Part shown: positions 22,600 through 31,959 of the stretch, in pieces | Layout of the letters: each line of letters starts with the position of its first letter | Position numbering within the stretch: position 1 is the stretch's first letter | Source: Opitutia bacterium KCR 482 | Lineage (GTDB): Bacteria; Verrucomicrobiota; Verrucomicrobiia; Opitutales; Intestinicryptomonadaceae | Direction of reading: 5' to 3' | DNA: 32,000 nucleotides | Assembly (NCBI GenBank): GCA_029269845.2 | Contig: CP149973.1 | Coordinates: forward strand, 210,001-242,000 | Notes under the pieces: model-generated | What the model was told of the DNA's origin: nothing | Databases searched by the model: none | Seen by the model: only the letters and a program-made list of their open reading frames with translations | Made by a program: the position numbers and the translations under genes

Positions 22600-25110
22600 A
22601 TGCTGGTTTTGCTCGACGGAATCGCGCCGAAAACGGAGGCGGTCTACAACGTCTACATCGCCGAAAACAGGAAGAATATAGAGCCGAAAATCGCGGTTTC
22701 AAAACAGGCAAGCTACATTCTTAGCGACCTCGTCTCCGAAATCGACAACGGCTGCGACGCCGCGGGGCTTGCCAAATTGACGGCGTCAAGCGCAAACAAA
22801 ATCGAGAACGCAAACTTCGAAAAGGGCTTCGACGGCTGGAATTTCCGCTCGCACAAGGGAAGGGAAAACACGGGCGAAATTTCGCTTGTTGACGGCGGCG
22901 TTTTCGGCGGCAAGGCGCTTTCGATAAAATTCAACAAAGACATCGCGATTGAGCAAAGCAGGGAGTTCAAATTCCCAGGGGGCGCGTCGTCGGGAAAACA
23001 CAAATACGCCCGCCAAAAATTCCCCAACCACTGGTTCGGAATCAGGCGGAAAATCGAAACCGAAGCTGGGCGCAAATACATAAACATCGCGTGGGTTAAG
23101 GGGCTTGAAGAGTCCGTCTATCAGTCGATTCCGCGAATGGCGGTTTTCAGCGGAGGCAAAAATTCCTACGCCCGCGCGGCAATAAAACCGACCTCCGAAT
23201 GGAAAGTCAAAAGCTGCACCTACACGGCAAAAGACGGCGACGAAATTTGGATTGACGCATTCGGCGTGAACAAAGCCGACATTCTAATCGACGGGCTTTT
23301 CGCTGCGGAATGCATCGACGCCACAAAATTCGAATACCAAGCCCGCGCCGACTTCGAAAAGCCGCGCACAATCGCGTGGAGCGTAAGCCCGATAGTCAAG
23401 GTATTCGACTTTTTTGCGCCGCCCGCCGAAAGCGGGGAAGCCGCAATTTCGCTCGCAAAAAACGAACAGGAAAACCTGCAATTTGCCCTGCGCTCTAACG
23501 AGCCGTTGCGGCGGCTCGAAATATCGGCGACCACCCCGAAACTCGTCGGCGGAAGCGCGACGCTCGAAGCCCCGACCGTCTCCGTGGCGCGGAATGTCGT
23601 GTGCGACGCGCCGAGCCGCTACCAAATCTTCAACGGCGTAAAATTCAACGAACGCTGCGTCCCCCGAAATTCGATGATACAACTCTACCCCGACCCGCTC
23701 GTAAGGCAGAATTTCGTCGAACTTTCGCCGAACAAAACGGAGTCGGTGTGGCTGAAATTCGGCGCGGACGAATCCGCGGCAGCAGGCGAATACGAGGGAA
23801 AAGTCGAGTTCAAAGACGGCGGCAAAACCGTGCTCGCAGTGCCCTACCGCGTAAGGGTGCGCAACTTCGCAATCCCGAAATCGCCGAGCCTCGGCGCAAT
23901 TTTCGACTCGCGCGGAAGCGGCTTCAACGGCGGCTGGCGGCAGCCGTTGAAAGCCGCGGGCATAACAAGCAAATTCTACGACATCTCGCAGCTTCAAGAA
24001 TTCATGGCGCAATACAGAACGTCGATAAACAAGCCGCCGCGAATCAAATTCTACACGAAAGACAGCAAGCTGTCCGCCGATTTTTCGGACTTTGACAAGT
24101 TCTGCGAAAACGCGTTCGGCAAACTCGGCACGCGCCTCATGTACCTGCCCAATCCGATGGGTGGTTTCGGCTTCGCAAACCCGATAAACAGGATAAAGCG
24201 CGACGACCCCGACGCCAAGCCGATTGCCCCCTACGACGGCGAATACCCCTACGCCGAAGCCGACAAAAAAATCCTGCGCCCCGAATTTGTCGCCGAATTG
24301 CAGGCGCAGGCAAAACTCGTCTACAAGCACCTCGACGAAAAGGGGTGGCGCGACCGCTTCCTCTGGTACGTCTGCGACGAACCTCACTGCGACGCCGACG
24401 GAATCGCCGACATGACAAAAGCCTATTGCGCGGCGGTCAAGGCGGCCGACCCGAAAGCGCGTCTGTATTCGAGCACTTGGGCGTACATTCCCATGCTCGA
24501 AGGCGGAATCAGCGTATGGGGCATAGACATGTCGTCCGACAGAACGCCCGCCGACATCGAAAAAATCGAAAAGCGCGGAGAGGAAAAAGCGTTCACCACC
24601 GACGGCAACTACTGCATCAACACGCCCTACTGCGCACAGGAGCGGCTCATTCCGCTCTACTGCTTCGCTGGCGGATTCATCGCGCACGAGTACTGGGGCG
24701 TTGACTGGTACACGCGCGACCCGTTCAAATGGGGCTTCCACTACGACAGAATCAGCTCGCCGTCGCCTACCGTGCGCAACAGAACGCGCTACCCCAACGG
24801 CGACGGATACTTTGTGTATTCGGGCGAAATCGTCGGGCGCAGCGAAATCTTCCCGTCGGTGAGGTTCGAATCGGTTCGCGACGGACAGGAAGACTACGAA
24901 TACTTCAAGATTCTCGAAAAGCTCGCCGCAAAAACGGGCGACGCTTCCGCGCAAAAAACGCTCGAAAAAGTGAAGTCGCTCGCGGTCTACCCCAACGCGC
25001 GGGGCACGCGCTCGACGGAACTTCTGCCCGACCCCGCAAAGCTCGAAAATTTGCGCGAAGAAGTTGCCGGGCAAATCGAAAGGCTGAACGCCGAAAGCCC
25101 GCAAAAGTAG
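22600..25110 (+). CDS. DUF4091 / GH123-like glycoside hydrolase family protein (C-terminal part; coding probably continues upstream to about 22411)
   Basis: 836 aa from the first ATG. CBM-like IENANFEKGFDGWNF. Putative catalytic FLWYVCDEP (Asp-Glu at 24376..24381). DUF4091-type C-terminus YPNGDGYFVYSG...SVRFESVRDGQEDYEYFKIL. No signal peptide of its own. Confidence 0.8.
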   Translation: MLVLLDGIAPKTEAVYNVYIAENRKNIEPKIAVSKQASYILSDLVSEIDNGCDAAGLAKLTASSANKIENANFEKGFDGWNFRSHKGRENTGEISLVDGGVFGGKALSIKFNKDIAIEQSREFKFPGGASSGKHKYARQKFPNHWFGIRRKIETEAGRKYINIAWVKGLEESVYQSIPRMAVFSGGKNSYARAAIKPTSEWKVKSCTYTAKDGDEIWIDAFGVNKADILIDGLFAAECIDATKFEYQARADFEKPRTIAWSVSPIVKVFDFFAPPAESGEAAISLAKNEQENLQFALRSNEPLRRLEISATTPKLVGGSATLEAPTVSVARNVVCDAPSRYQIFNGVKFNERCVPRNSMIQLYPDPLVRQNFVELSPNKTESVWLKFGADESAAAGEYEGKVEFKDGGKTVLAVPYRVRVRNFAIPKSPSLGAIFDSRGSGFNGGWRQPLKAAGITSKFYDISQLQEFMAQYRTSINKPPRIKFYTKDSKLSADFSDFDKFCENAFGKLGTRLMYLPNPMGGFGFANPINRIKRDDPDAKPIAPYDGEYPYAEADKKILRPEFVAELQAQAKLVYKHLDEKGWRDRFLWYVCDEPHCDADGIADMTKAYCAAVKAADPKARLYSSTWAYIPMLEGGISVWGIDMSSDRTPADIEKIEKRGEEKAFTTDGNYCINTPYCAQERLIPLYCFAGGFIAHEYWGVDWYTRDPFKWGFHYDRISSPSPTVRNRTRYPNGDGYFVYSGEIVGRSEIFPSVRFESVRDGQEDYEYFKILEKLAAKTGDASAQKTLEKVKSLAVYPNARGTRSTELLPDPAKLENLREEVAGQIERLNAESPQK

Positions 25111-25138
25111 GCGCAAACGCCGCAAAAAAATTCCGTTT

Positions 25139-25175
25139 CGAAAGTCCGCGGTTTTTCCGCAGACTTTCCCTTTTT
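25139..25175 (+). terminator. Rho-independent terminator after the GH123-like gene
   Basis: GAAAGTCCGCGG-ttttt-CCGCAGACTTTC (one mismatch) followed by CCTTTTT. Confidence 0.6.
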
Positions 25176-25278
25176 ATGCGCTCAAAAAATGCTTGCCAAA
25201 TTCCGCGCTTGAAATTGAATTTACCGCTAATTTGCAAGCATTCGCGCCGAATTTTTCGGACGCGCTAAATATCAATTT

Positions 25279-26325
25279 ATGGAAAACAAAATCAACGAAA
25301 TTTTGGCGAAGGCGAAAACGTCGCTGCCCGCCGCAAAAACAAAAACGGAAGTCGCAAACATAGGCGCGGCAATCACGGGTCCGAACGGGGAGCTTACGGC
25401 TCTGATGAAGCTCATTCCCACGCTCGACAAGGCGGAACGCCCCGCAATGGGCAAGCTCATCAACGCCGCAAAGCGCGAAATTGAACCGTTGATTACCGAC
25501 GCCTACGCGAGAATCGAAAGCATGGAAATGGTGTCCGCGCTCGGCGAAAAGCCCGACATCTCCCTGCCGAATATCGACACACCGCGCGGGACAATCCACC
25601 CGCTCTCGCTGACAATCCGCAAAATTTGCGACATCTTCAAACGCGCGGGCTTCACCGTCGCCGAGGCTACGAACCTCGAAACCGAATGGTTCTGCTTCGA
25701 CGCGCTCAACACGCCCGCCGACCACCCCGCGCGCGACGCGCAGGACACGCTTTTCATGCCGCGCGAAACGGTCGCAAGCAACGTCGAAAAACACGCCGAC
25801 GAGCTTTACCTTCTGCGCAGCCACACGTCGTCGGTGCAAATCCGCGCGATGGTAAAGGAGGGCGCACCGATAAGAATCCTAGCCCCCGGCCGCGCGTTCC
25901 GCCGCGACACGGTAGACGCGACCCACTCGGCGAACTTCCACCAAATCGAGGGGCTGTACGTAGACAAAAACGTAAAGCTTACCGACCTCAAAGCCGCGCT
26001 CGACTACCTCTTCAAAAACCTGTTCGGCTCGTCGGCTAAAACGCGCCTGCGCCCAAGCTTCTTCCCGTTCACAGAACCGAGCTTCGAAGTTGACTTCATG
26101 AGCGCGGACATGGGCAAGCTCAGCAACCGCTGGATTGAAATTCTCGGCTGCGGCATGGTAGACCCCAACGTAATCGCGAACGTCGGTCTCGATCCGAAAG
26201 TGTACAGCGGCTACGCGTTCGGGCTGGGCGTCGAAAGAATCGCAATGCTCATGCACTCTATAGACGACATACGCCACTTCTACTCGAACGATACGCGTTT
26301 CCTCAAACAGTTCGCGTCAAGATAA
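25279..26325 (+). CDS. pheS: Phenylalanine-tRNA ligase alpha subunit
   Basis: 348 aa. HPARDAQDTLFM, LLRSHTSSVQIR, GRAFRRD, FHQIEGL, FPFTEPS, GCGMVDPNV, GYAFGLGVERIAML. Confidence 0.95.
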   Translation: MENKINEILAKAKTSLPAAKTKTEVANIGAAITGPNGELTALMKLIPTLDKAERPAMGKLINAAKREIEPLITDAYARIESMEMVSALGEKPDISLPNIDTPRGTIHPLSLTIRKICDIFKRAGFTVAEATNLETEWFCFDALNTPADHPARDAQDTLFMPRETVASNVEKHADELYLLRSHTSSVQIRAMVKEGAPIRILAPGRAFRRDTVDATHSANFHQIEGLYVDKNVKLTDLKAALDYLFKNLFGSSAKTRLRPSFFPFTEPSFEVDFMSADMGKLSNRWIEILGCGMVDPNVIANVGLDPKVYSGYAFGLGVERIAMLMHSIDDIRHFYSNDTRFLKQFASR

Positions 26326-26346
26326 ACAAAGAAAAATTTTCCGAAA

Positions 26347-28791
26347 ATGAAAGTCAGCTTAAAATGGTTAAATAATTACGTCGATCTCTCGGACGTGTCG
26401 GCGGAAGCTATTGCGGAGGCTCTGCCGATGCTGGGTCTGGAAGTCGAAAGCGTGGAAACGACGGGCTTGAAGCCGCTCGAACACGTGGTCGTGGGCGAAA
26501 TTCTCAGCCGCGAACAGCACCCGAACGCCGACAAACTCGGCGTGTGCATGGTAAAAATCGCGCCAGACAAAGAGCCTATCCAGATTGTCTGCGGCGCAAA
26601 AAACTACAAAGTGGGAGACAGAGTTCCCGTGGCTCTCGAAGGCGCAAAACTTCCCGCTCCCGACGGCGGAATTTTCGAAATCAAGATTTCGCAACTGCGC
26701 GGAATCACAAGCAACGGCATGATGTGCTCGGCGAGGGAGCTTGGGCTTGGCTGCGACCACAGCGGGCTGCTTATCCTCGAAATGCGCCCCGAAGTCGGCA
26801 CGCCCATCAACGACGTGTTTACAGACTCCGACACGGTATTCGAAATCGAGCTTACAGCAAACCGCGGCGACTGCCTCAGCCATATCGGCGTTGCCCGCGA
26901 GCTTGCCGCAAAGTTCGGCAAAAAACTCAAAAAGCCCGAACTCAAATACGTCCCCGAATACGCCGACAAGCCCGACGGCACGCTTCTCGACTCGGTGGAA
27001 TCGCACACAAAGAACTGCCCGCTCTACACGGCTGTTTCAATCAAGGGCGTAAAAATTGCCCCCAGCCCCGAATGGCTTCGCCGCGACTTGGAGGCGGTCG
27101 GTCTGCGCTCAATCAACAACGTCGTGGACGTCACAAACTTCGTCCTCATGGAATACGGACAGCCCCTGCACTCTTTCGACGCGTCGAAAATTCGCGGCAG
27201 GAAAATCGTAGTGCGTCAGGCGGCGGACGGAGAGGAAATCCAGACGCTCGACGAAAAGAAATACAAGCTCACTCCGGAAGCAACCCTTATTTGCGACGGC
27301 GAGGGCGCGACCGCGCTCGCGGGCGTCATGGGCGGGCTTGACTCGGAAGTGAGCGACTCCACTGCCGACGTCGTGATTGAATCGGCATATTTCAACCCCG
27401 GAAACGTCCGCGCGACAAGCCGCAAATACGGAATCAACACCGATTCCTCGTACAGGTTCGCCCGCGACGTAGACCCGCAGTCTACGCTCGACGCCTCGCG
27501 CCGCGCGGTGGATTTGATTCTCGAAACGGCCGGCGGCACGGTCTGCGGCGCAACCTGCAAAATCGGCGAAGCCCCGCGCGGAGACCGCACGGTTGAAATC
27601 GACATGCCCTACATTGTGGACAGGCTCGGCTTCGAAGTCTCGCAGGCGGACGTTGTCGGCGTGTTCGAATCGCTCGGCTTTTCGGTCGAGGAAAACGGAA
27701 ACGCGATGAAAGTAAACGTGCCGTCGTTCAGAAGCGAAGTAGACAGACCCGTAGACTTGGTCGAAGAGTTCGTGAGAATCTACGGAACGGACAAAATTCC
27801 CGAAACGGAAATGACCGCCGTTGCGCACCTGCGCGACGACGACCCGCTTTTCAAATACAACCGCGCGGTTTCGGATTTCCTTGCCTCGCGCGGCATGAAC
27901 GAGTGCCAAAACTACTCGCTTAAAGACAGCGCAAAGCTCGCAAAGGTGCACGCAAACGTGGACGCGCTCAAACTTGCGAACCCGCTTACGTCCGACCAAG
28001 ACTGCCTGAGACCCTCGCTCGTAGACGGGCTGCTCGACGTCGTGCGCCTGAACATCTCGAACGGAAACGACTTCTTCGGATTCTTCGAAAACGGAAAAAT
28101 CTTCCGCGCCGACCCGAAGGGCAAAATCTGCGAACTTGCCTCAACCGCGTTCGTTATCGCGCCCGACCCCGCAAAACGGCTCTGGAAAAAGCGCGAAGCC
28201 CCCGACTTCTTCACTGCAAAGGAATTCGCCTCCGACATTTTGGGAATACTCGGCGTCGACGCGTCGCGCCTGAACTTCGCCGAAACCGACGAGCCGCTCT
28301 GGCAGAACGGTTTTGCGGCGGCATGCGGCTCGGAAAAGCGCGAGGGCTTTGTAATCCGCTTCGGGGCAATCAGCGCGGCGCACCTGCGCGAACGCGGAAT
28401 CGAACGCGTTGTCTACGCGGGCGAAATCATGTTCAAGCCCGACGTCGCCGCCCGCAAGAAGAGCGCGGAAAAATTCAAGGCGTTCAGCCTGTTCCCCGCC
28501 GCGCCGCGCGACATCGCGGTAATCGCGAAGGAATCGGAAAGCGCGGAATCGGTTGCGTCGGAAATCAAGAAAGTCGCCAAGCAGAAACTCAAAGGCGCGG
28601 ACTTCGACATAGAGTCAATCGAGCTGTTCGACTCGTACAGCGGCAAGGGCGTCGACGAAGGCTGCAAAAGCCTTGCGTTCGCCCTCTCCTTCCGCTCGCA
28701 GGACAGAACGCTGCCGACCGAAGACGTAAACAAGGTCTTCGACGCAATCTGCGCCGAACTCGGCAAAAAGCGCAAGCTCAGAATCTCGTAA
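26347..28791 (+). CDS. pheT: Phenylalanine-tRNA ligase beta subunit
   Basis: 814 aa. MKVSLKWLNNYVDL, tRNA-binding domain HPNADKLGVCMV, B3/4 and B5 regions, C-terminal FDxY...GKGV..G.KSLAFALSFRSQDRTL. Confidence 0.95.
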   Translation: MKVSLKWLNNYVDLSDVSAEAIAEALPMLGLEVESVETTGLKPLEHVVVGEILSREQHPNADKLGVCMVKIAPDKEPIQIVCGAKNYKVGDRVPVALEGAKLPAPDGGIFEIKISQLRGITSNGMMCSARELGLGCDHSGLLILEMRPEVGTPINDVFTDSDTVFEIELTANRGDCLSHIGVARELAAKFGKKLKKPELKYVPEYADKPDGTLLDSVESHTKNCPLYTAVSIKGVKIAPSPEWLRRDLEAVGLRSINNVVDVTNFVLMEYGQPLHSFDASKIRGRKIVVRQAADGEEIQTLDEKKYKLTPEATLICDGEGATALAGVMGGLDSEVSDSTADVVIESAYFNPGNVRATSRKYGINTDSSYRFARDVDPQSTLDASRRAVDLILETAGGTVCGATCKIGEAPRGDRTVEIDMPYIVDRLGFEVSQADVVGVFESLGFSVEENGNAMKVNVPSFRSEVDRPVDLVEEFVRIYGTDKIPETEMTAVAHLRDDDPLFKYNRAVSDFLASRGMNECQNYSLKDSAKLAKVHANVDALKLANPLTSDQDCLRPSLVDGLLDVVRLNISNGNDFFGFFENGKIFRADPKGKICELASTAFVIAPDPAKRLWKKREAPDFFTAKEFASDILGILGVDASRLNFAETDEPLWQNGFAAACGSEKREGFVIRFGAISAAHLRERGIERVVYAGEIMFKPDVAARKKSAEKFKAFSLFPAAPRDIAVIAKESESAESVASEIKKVAKQKLKGADFDIESIELFDSYSGKGVDEGCKSLAFALSFRSQDRTLPTEDVNKVFDAICAELGKKRKLRIS

Positions 28792-28792
28792 T

Positions 28793-30118
28793 ATGGCGAA
28801 GAAAAAGACAAACAGCGACGGAGAAATGACGTTCCTCGAACATCTCGAAGAGATGAGGGGCGTGATGTTGAAGTCGCTGCTTGTGTTCGTAATCGCGCTA
28901 ATCGGGGTCGGGGCGGGATTCTCGTATTTCAATACGGTCATGCTCTACCCGCTCAACGCGGCGAAGAAAATAATCTCGACGACCTCGTTTTTAAGCGGCG
29001 GGAAATCGGAGGACGCGGCGGCGGAAAAAGTCGGCCCCGTCTACCTTGTGGACGAAAGCGCGCCCGACAAAAAATCAGGCCCCTACTTCATCGTCGCAAA
29101 GGACGAAAACTCCGTGCTGCTCGGCGGGAAAAAGGGAAACTGGTACGACTCGATAAAACTCAGGTCGATGTCGTTTGTGACGCCCATTGTCGTCTGGTTC
29201 TATGTGAGCTTTTTGGGCGCACTCTGCATCTCCCTGCCCGCCATTGTGTACTTCGTAATTCAGTTCGTAGCCCCTGGACTTACGGCGGAGGAAAGGAAAC
29301 TGCTAAGGCCGGGAATGTTTGCGGCGGTCATACTGTTTTGCGTGGGGGCGGCGTTCGCGTTCTCGTTCATGCTGCCGATGGGCATAGCGTTCATGTCGAG
29401 TATGTCGGAATCCATGCAGATGGAGATGTTCCCCGACGCGCAGTCGTATTACAGCATGGTGCTTTTCCTGACGCTCGCGGTGGGCGTGGTGTTTGAAGTG
29501 CCGCTTATCGAGGTTATTCTAATCTACCTCGGCGTGCTGAATGTCGAGTGGTTGAAGAAGAACAGAAGAATCGTCTTCATGGTGATTCTGATTTTCGCGA
29601 CTGTCATTACGCCGCCCGACTTCATCACGCAGGTAACGCTTACAATCCCCCTCTACATGATGTACGAGCTTGCCCTGCGGATAGGCTCGCGCATGCGCAA
29701 AAACAAGCTCCGCCGCGAGGCGGAGCGCGAAAAGCGCGAAGAGGAGGAGGACGAAAAGGAACGCCGCGAATACGCCCGCATGGTTGCAAAGGAAAGAATC
29801 GCCGAAGAGGAGGCGGAAAAAGCCGAGGAAAAAGCGGAGGAATTCGAAATCGACAAATCGCACTACGGCGAGGAAGGCTCAATTCCCGACGACTACGACC
29901 CAAACAAAATCGACGGCGACGACTACGACCTCTACGGATACAACGAAGAATTCAACGAAGACGAATACGGGCTTGAACCCTATGTGGACTACGGCAGGCT
30001 TTCGCGCCCCGTGCCCGACTTCCAGCCCGATTGGGATTTAAACCGCCCCGACACAAGCTTCATGCAGCCCGACTGGAACCTTAATTCCGACGAGCCGCAG
30101 AACGATAATAAACCGTAA
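28793..30118 (+). CDS. tatC: Twin-arginine translocase subunit TatC with enlarged first periplasmic loop and ~145-aa charged C-terminal extension
   Basis: 441 aa. MTFLEHLEEMRGVMLKSLL, six hydrophobic segments, ATVITPPDFITQVTLTIPLYMMYELAL (TatC signature). The tail from about residue 298 is K/E/R-rich, then D/Y/N/P-rich. Confidence 0.85.
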   Translation: MAKKKTNSDGEMTFLEHLEEMRGVMLKSLLVFVIALIGVGAGFSYFNTVMLYPLNAAKKIISTTSFLSGGKSEDAAAEKVGPVYLVDESAPDKKSGPYFIVAKDENSVLLGGKKGNWYDSIKLRSMSFVTPIVVWFYVSFLGALCISLPAIVYFVIQFVAPGLTAEERKLLRPGMFAAVILFCVGAAFAFSFMLPMGIAFMSSMSESMQMEMFPDAQSYYSMVLFLTLAVGVVFEVPLIEVILIYLGVLNVEWLKKNRRIVFMVILIFATVITPPDFITQVTLTIPLYMMYELALRIGSRMRKNKLRREAEREKREEEEDEKERREYARMVAKERIAEEEAEKAEEKAEEFEIDKSHYGEEGSIPDDYDPNKIDGDDYDLYGYNEEFNEDEYGLEPYVDYGRLSRPVPDFQPDWDLNRPDTSFMQPDWNLNSDEPQNDNKP

Positions 30119-31956
30119 TGAAATGCTTTGGCACAATTTCGCGGGCGGCGGCGGCGTGCGCGCTTCTGTCCGCCCTTTTGTGCGCGTGTTCCGAACCGCC
30201 GAAAATCGAACGCGGGCAGTTCCCGCTTCCGAAAGGCGCGGAAACGGCGGAATGCGAAGTCGGCAAATACGGCGGCATCTTCGTTTTGTCCGATGCGCAG
30301 GAGCCTAAAACATTCAACCTGTTGATGGCGTCCGACGCGTACTCGGCGCAGTCGATTTCGCTAATGCTCTCGCCGCTCGTGAACTACGACCCCATGAAAG
30401 AGGAGGTCGTGCCCGCGCTCGCGGAATCGTGGACGGTTTCGGAGGACGGCAAAACCTACGTCTTCAAACTGCGCGAGGGTGTGAAATTTTCGGACGGCGC
30501 GGAGCTAACCGCAGACGATGTGGTTTTTACGTTCGACGCAATCTTCGCACCGCAGCTCGACGCCGACGGCAAGCCCGTCTTGGACAAAGCCACAAAACGC
30601 CCGTTGCTCCGCTATCCGTCGCGCTACGCGGGGCAGTACACAATCGGCGGCGAGCCAATCAAATACAGGAAAATCGACAAGTACACGGTCGAATTCAAGA
30701 CGAACAAAGTGTACGCGCCGTTTCTAAACGACATCGGGTTCATCGAAATTCTGCCGAAACACAAGCTGCAAAAAGCGGCGGACGACGGCTCGCTTCAACA
30801 GGCGTGGTCTACGCAAACGGCGATAAACTCGCCGTCGGAAATAGTGTCGTCGGGGCCCTTCATGCTGTTTTCGTACAAGCCGGGAGAAAGGCTCGTCATG
30901 CAGCCCAACCCGCACTACTGGCGGGCAGACAAAAGCGGGCAACGCCTGCCCTACATAGACTTCCTAGTCTACAAATTCGTAGCCGACGTTAACACCGCGA
31001 CAATCCTCTTCGCCACGGGGCAATGCGACGCCTCCGCCGTCGGCGCAAACGACTACGCGTGGGTGGCAAAATACGCAAAAACCTACGCGTTCAAAATCTA
31101 CGAGCGCGGGCCGGAAGCCAGCATCTCATTCCTCTGGTTCAACCAAAACGGCGGCAAAAACGAAAGGGGCGAGCCGTTCGTAAAACCCTACAAATTCAAG
31201 TGGTTCTCGAACAAAAAATTCAGGCAGGCGGTAATGCGGGCAATCGACCGCGACGGACTGATTAAAAGCGTGTGGTTCTCGCGGGCGAGAAAGCTCGATA
31301 CAATCATAAGCCCCGCAAACAAAAAATGGCACAACCCCGACACGCCCAAATACGAATACTCGCCCGAAAGCTCGCGGGAAATCCTGCTCTCGGAGGGCTT
31401 CAAATACGACGCGTCGGGCGCGCTGCTCGACCCGGAGGGCAACCGCGTGGAATTCGAATTCGTCGTTGCCGACGGCTCGCAAAACTCTTCGGTAATCGCG
31501 ACGACGTTCGTCGAAAACATGAAATCCATAGGCATTTCCGTGAAGCTTAAATTTCTGGACTTCGGCACGATTATCTCGAAAATCGACAACACTTTCGACT
31601 ACGAGGCCGCCATGATGGGCTTCACGGGCGGCGGCGACCCCTCCGGCGGCAAGGCAATATACCGCTCCAACGGCTTTCTGCACGTCTGGAACCCGCGCCA
31701 AAAATCTCCCGCAACAGACTGGGAAAAACGCATAGACGAAATCATGGACGCGCAGGAAATCGAGATGAACCCCGAAGCACGCAAACGCCTGATTTTCGAA
31801 ATGCAGAAAATCTTTTCGGACGAGCTTCCCCTGCTCTACCTAATCACGCCGACGGGGTATTCGGGAATCGCGGAAAAATGGCGCAACGTGAAAATTCCGC
31901 CATTAGGCTCAATCATCTGGAACATCGACGAACTGTACGAATCGGACGAAAACTAA
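30118..31956 (+). CDS. ABC transporter substrate-binding lipoprotein, family 5 (peptide/nickel/opine type)
   Basis: 612 aa. Lipobox LSALLCAC-S. Family-5 features: VPALAESWTVSEDGKTYVFKLREGVKFSDG.ELTADDVVFTF, PNPHYW. ATG overlaps the tatC stop (TAATG). Confidence 0.85.
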   Translation: MKCFGTISRAAAACALLSALLCACSEPPKIERGQFPLPKGAETAECEVGKYGGIFVLSDAQEPKTFNLLMASDAYSAQSISLMLSPLVNYDPMKEEVVPALAESWTVSEDGKTYVFKLREGVKFSDGAELTADDVVFTFDAIFAPQLDADGKPVLDKATKRPLLRYPSRYAGQYTIGGEPIKYRKIDKYTVEFKTNKVYAPFLNDIGFIEILPKHKLQKAADDGSLQQAWSTQTAINSPSEIVSSGPFMLFSYKPGERLVMQPNPHYWRADKSGQRLPYIDFLVYKFVADVNTATILFATGQCDASAVGANDYAWVAKYAKTYAFKIYERGPEASISFLWFNQNGGKNERGEPFVKPYKFKWFSNKKFRQAVMRAIDRDGLIKSVWFSRARKLDTIISPANKKWHNPDTPKYEYSPESSREILLSEGFKYDASGALLDPEGNRVEFEFVVADGSQNSSVIATTFVENMKSIGISVKLKFLDFGTIISKIDNTFDYEAAMMGFTGGGDPSGGKAIYRSNGFLHVWNPRQKSPATDWEKRIDEIMDAQEIEMNPEARKRLIFEMQKIFSDELPLLYLITPTGYSGIAEKWRNVKIPPLGSIIWNIDELYESDEN

Positions 31957-31959
31957 AAC

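Noticed and set aside
23284-25125. 613-aa minus-strand ORF antisense to the DUF4091/GH123-like gene.
   Set aside because: Low-complexity Arg/Val/Phe-rich sequence with no motifs. The plus-strand product has a clear DEP catalytic motif and a DUF4091 tail.
25176-25268. pheL-like attenuator leader peptide upstream of pheS (small ORF MRSKNACQIPRLKLNLPLICKHSRRIFRTR).
   Set aside because: It has only one Phe codon and no Phe run. The downstream hairpins are not followed by a U tract, and no T-box features are seen.
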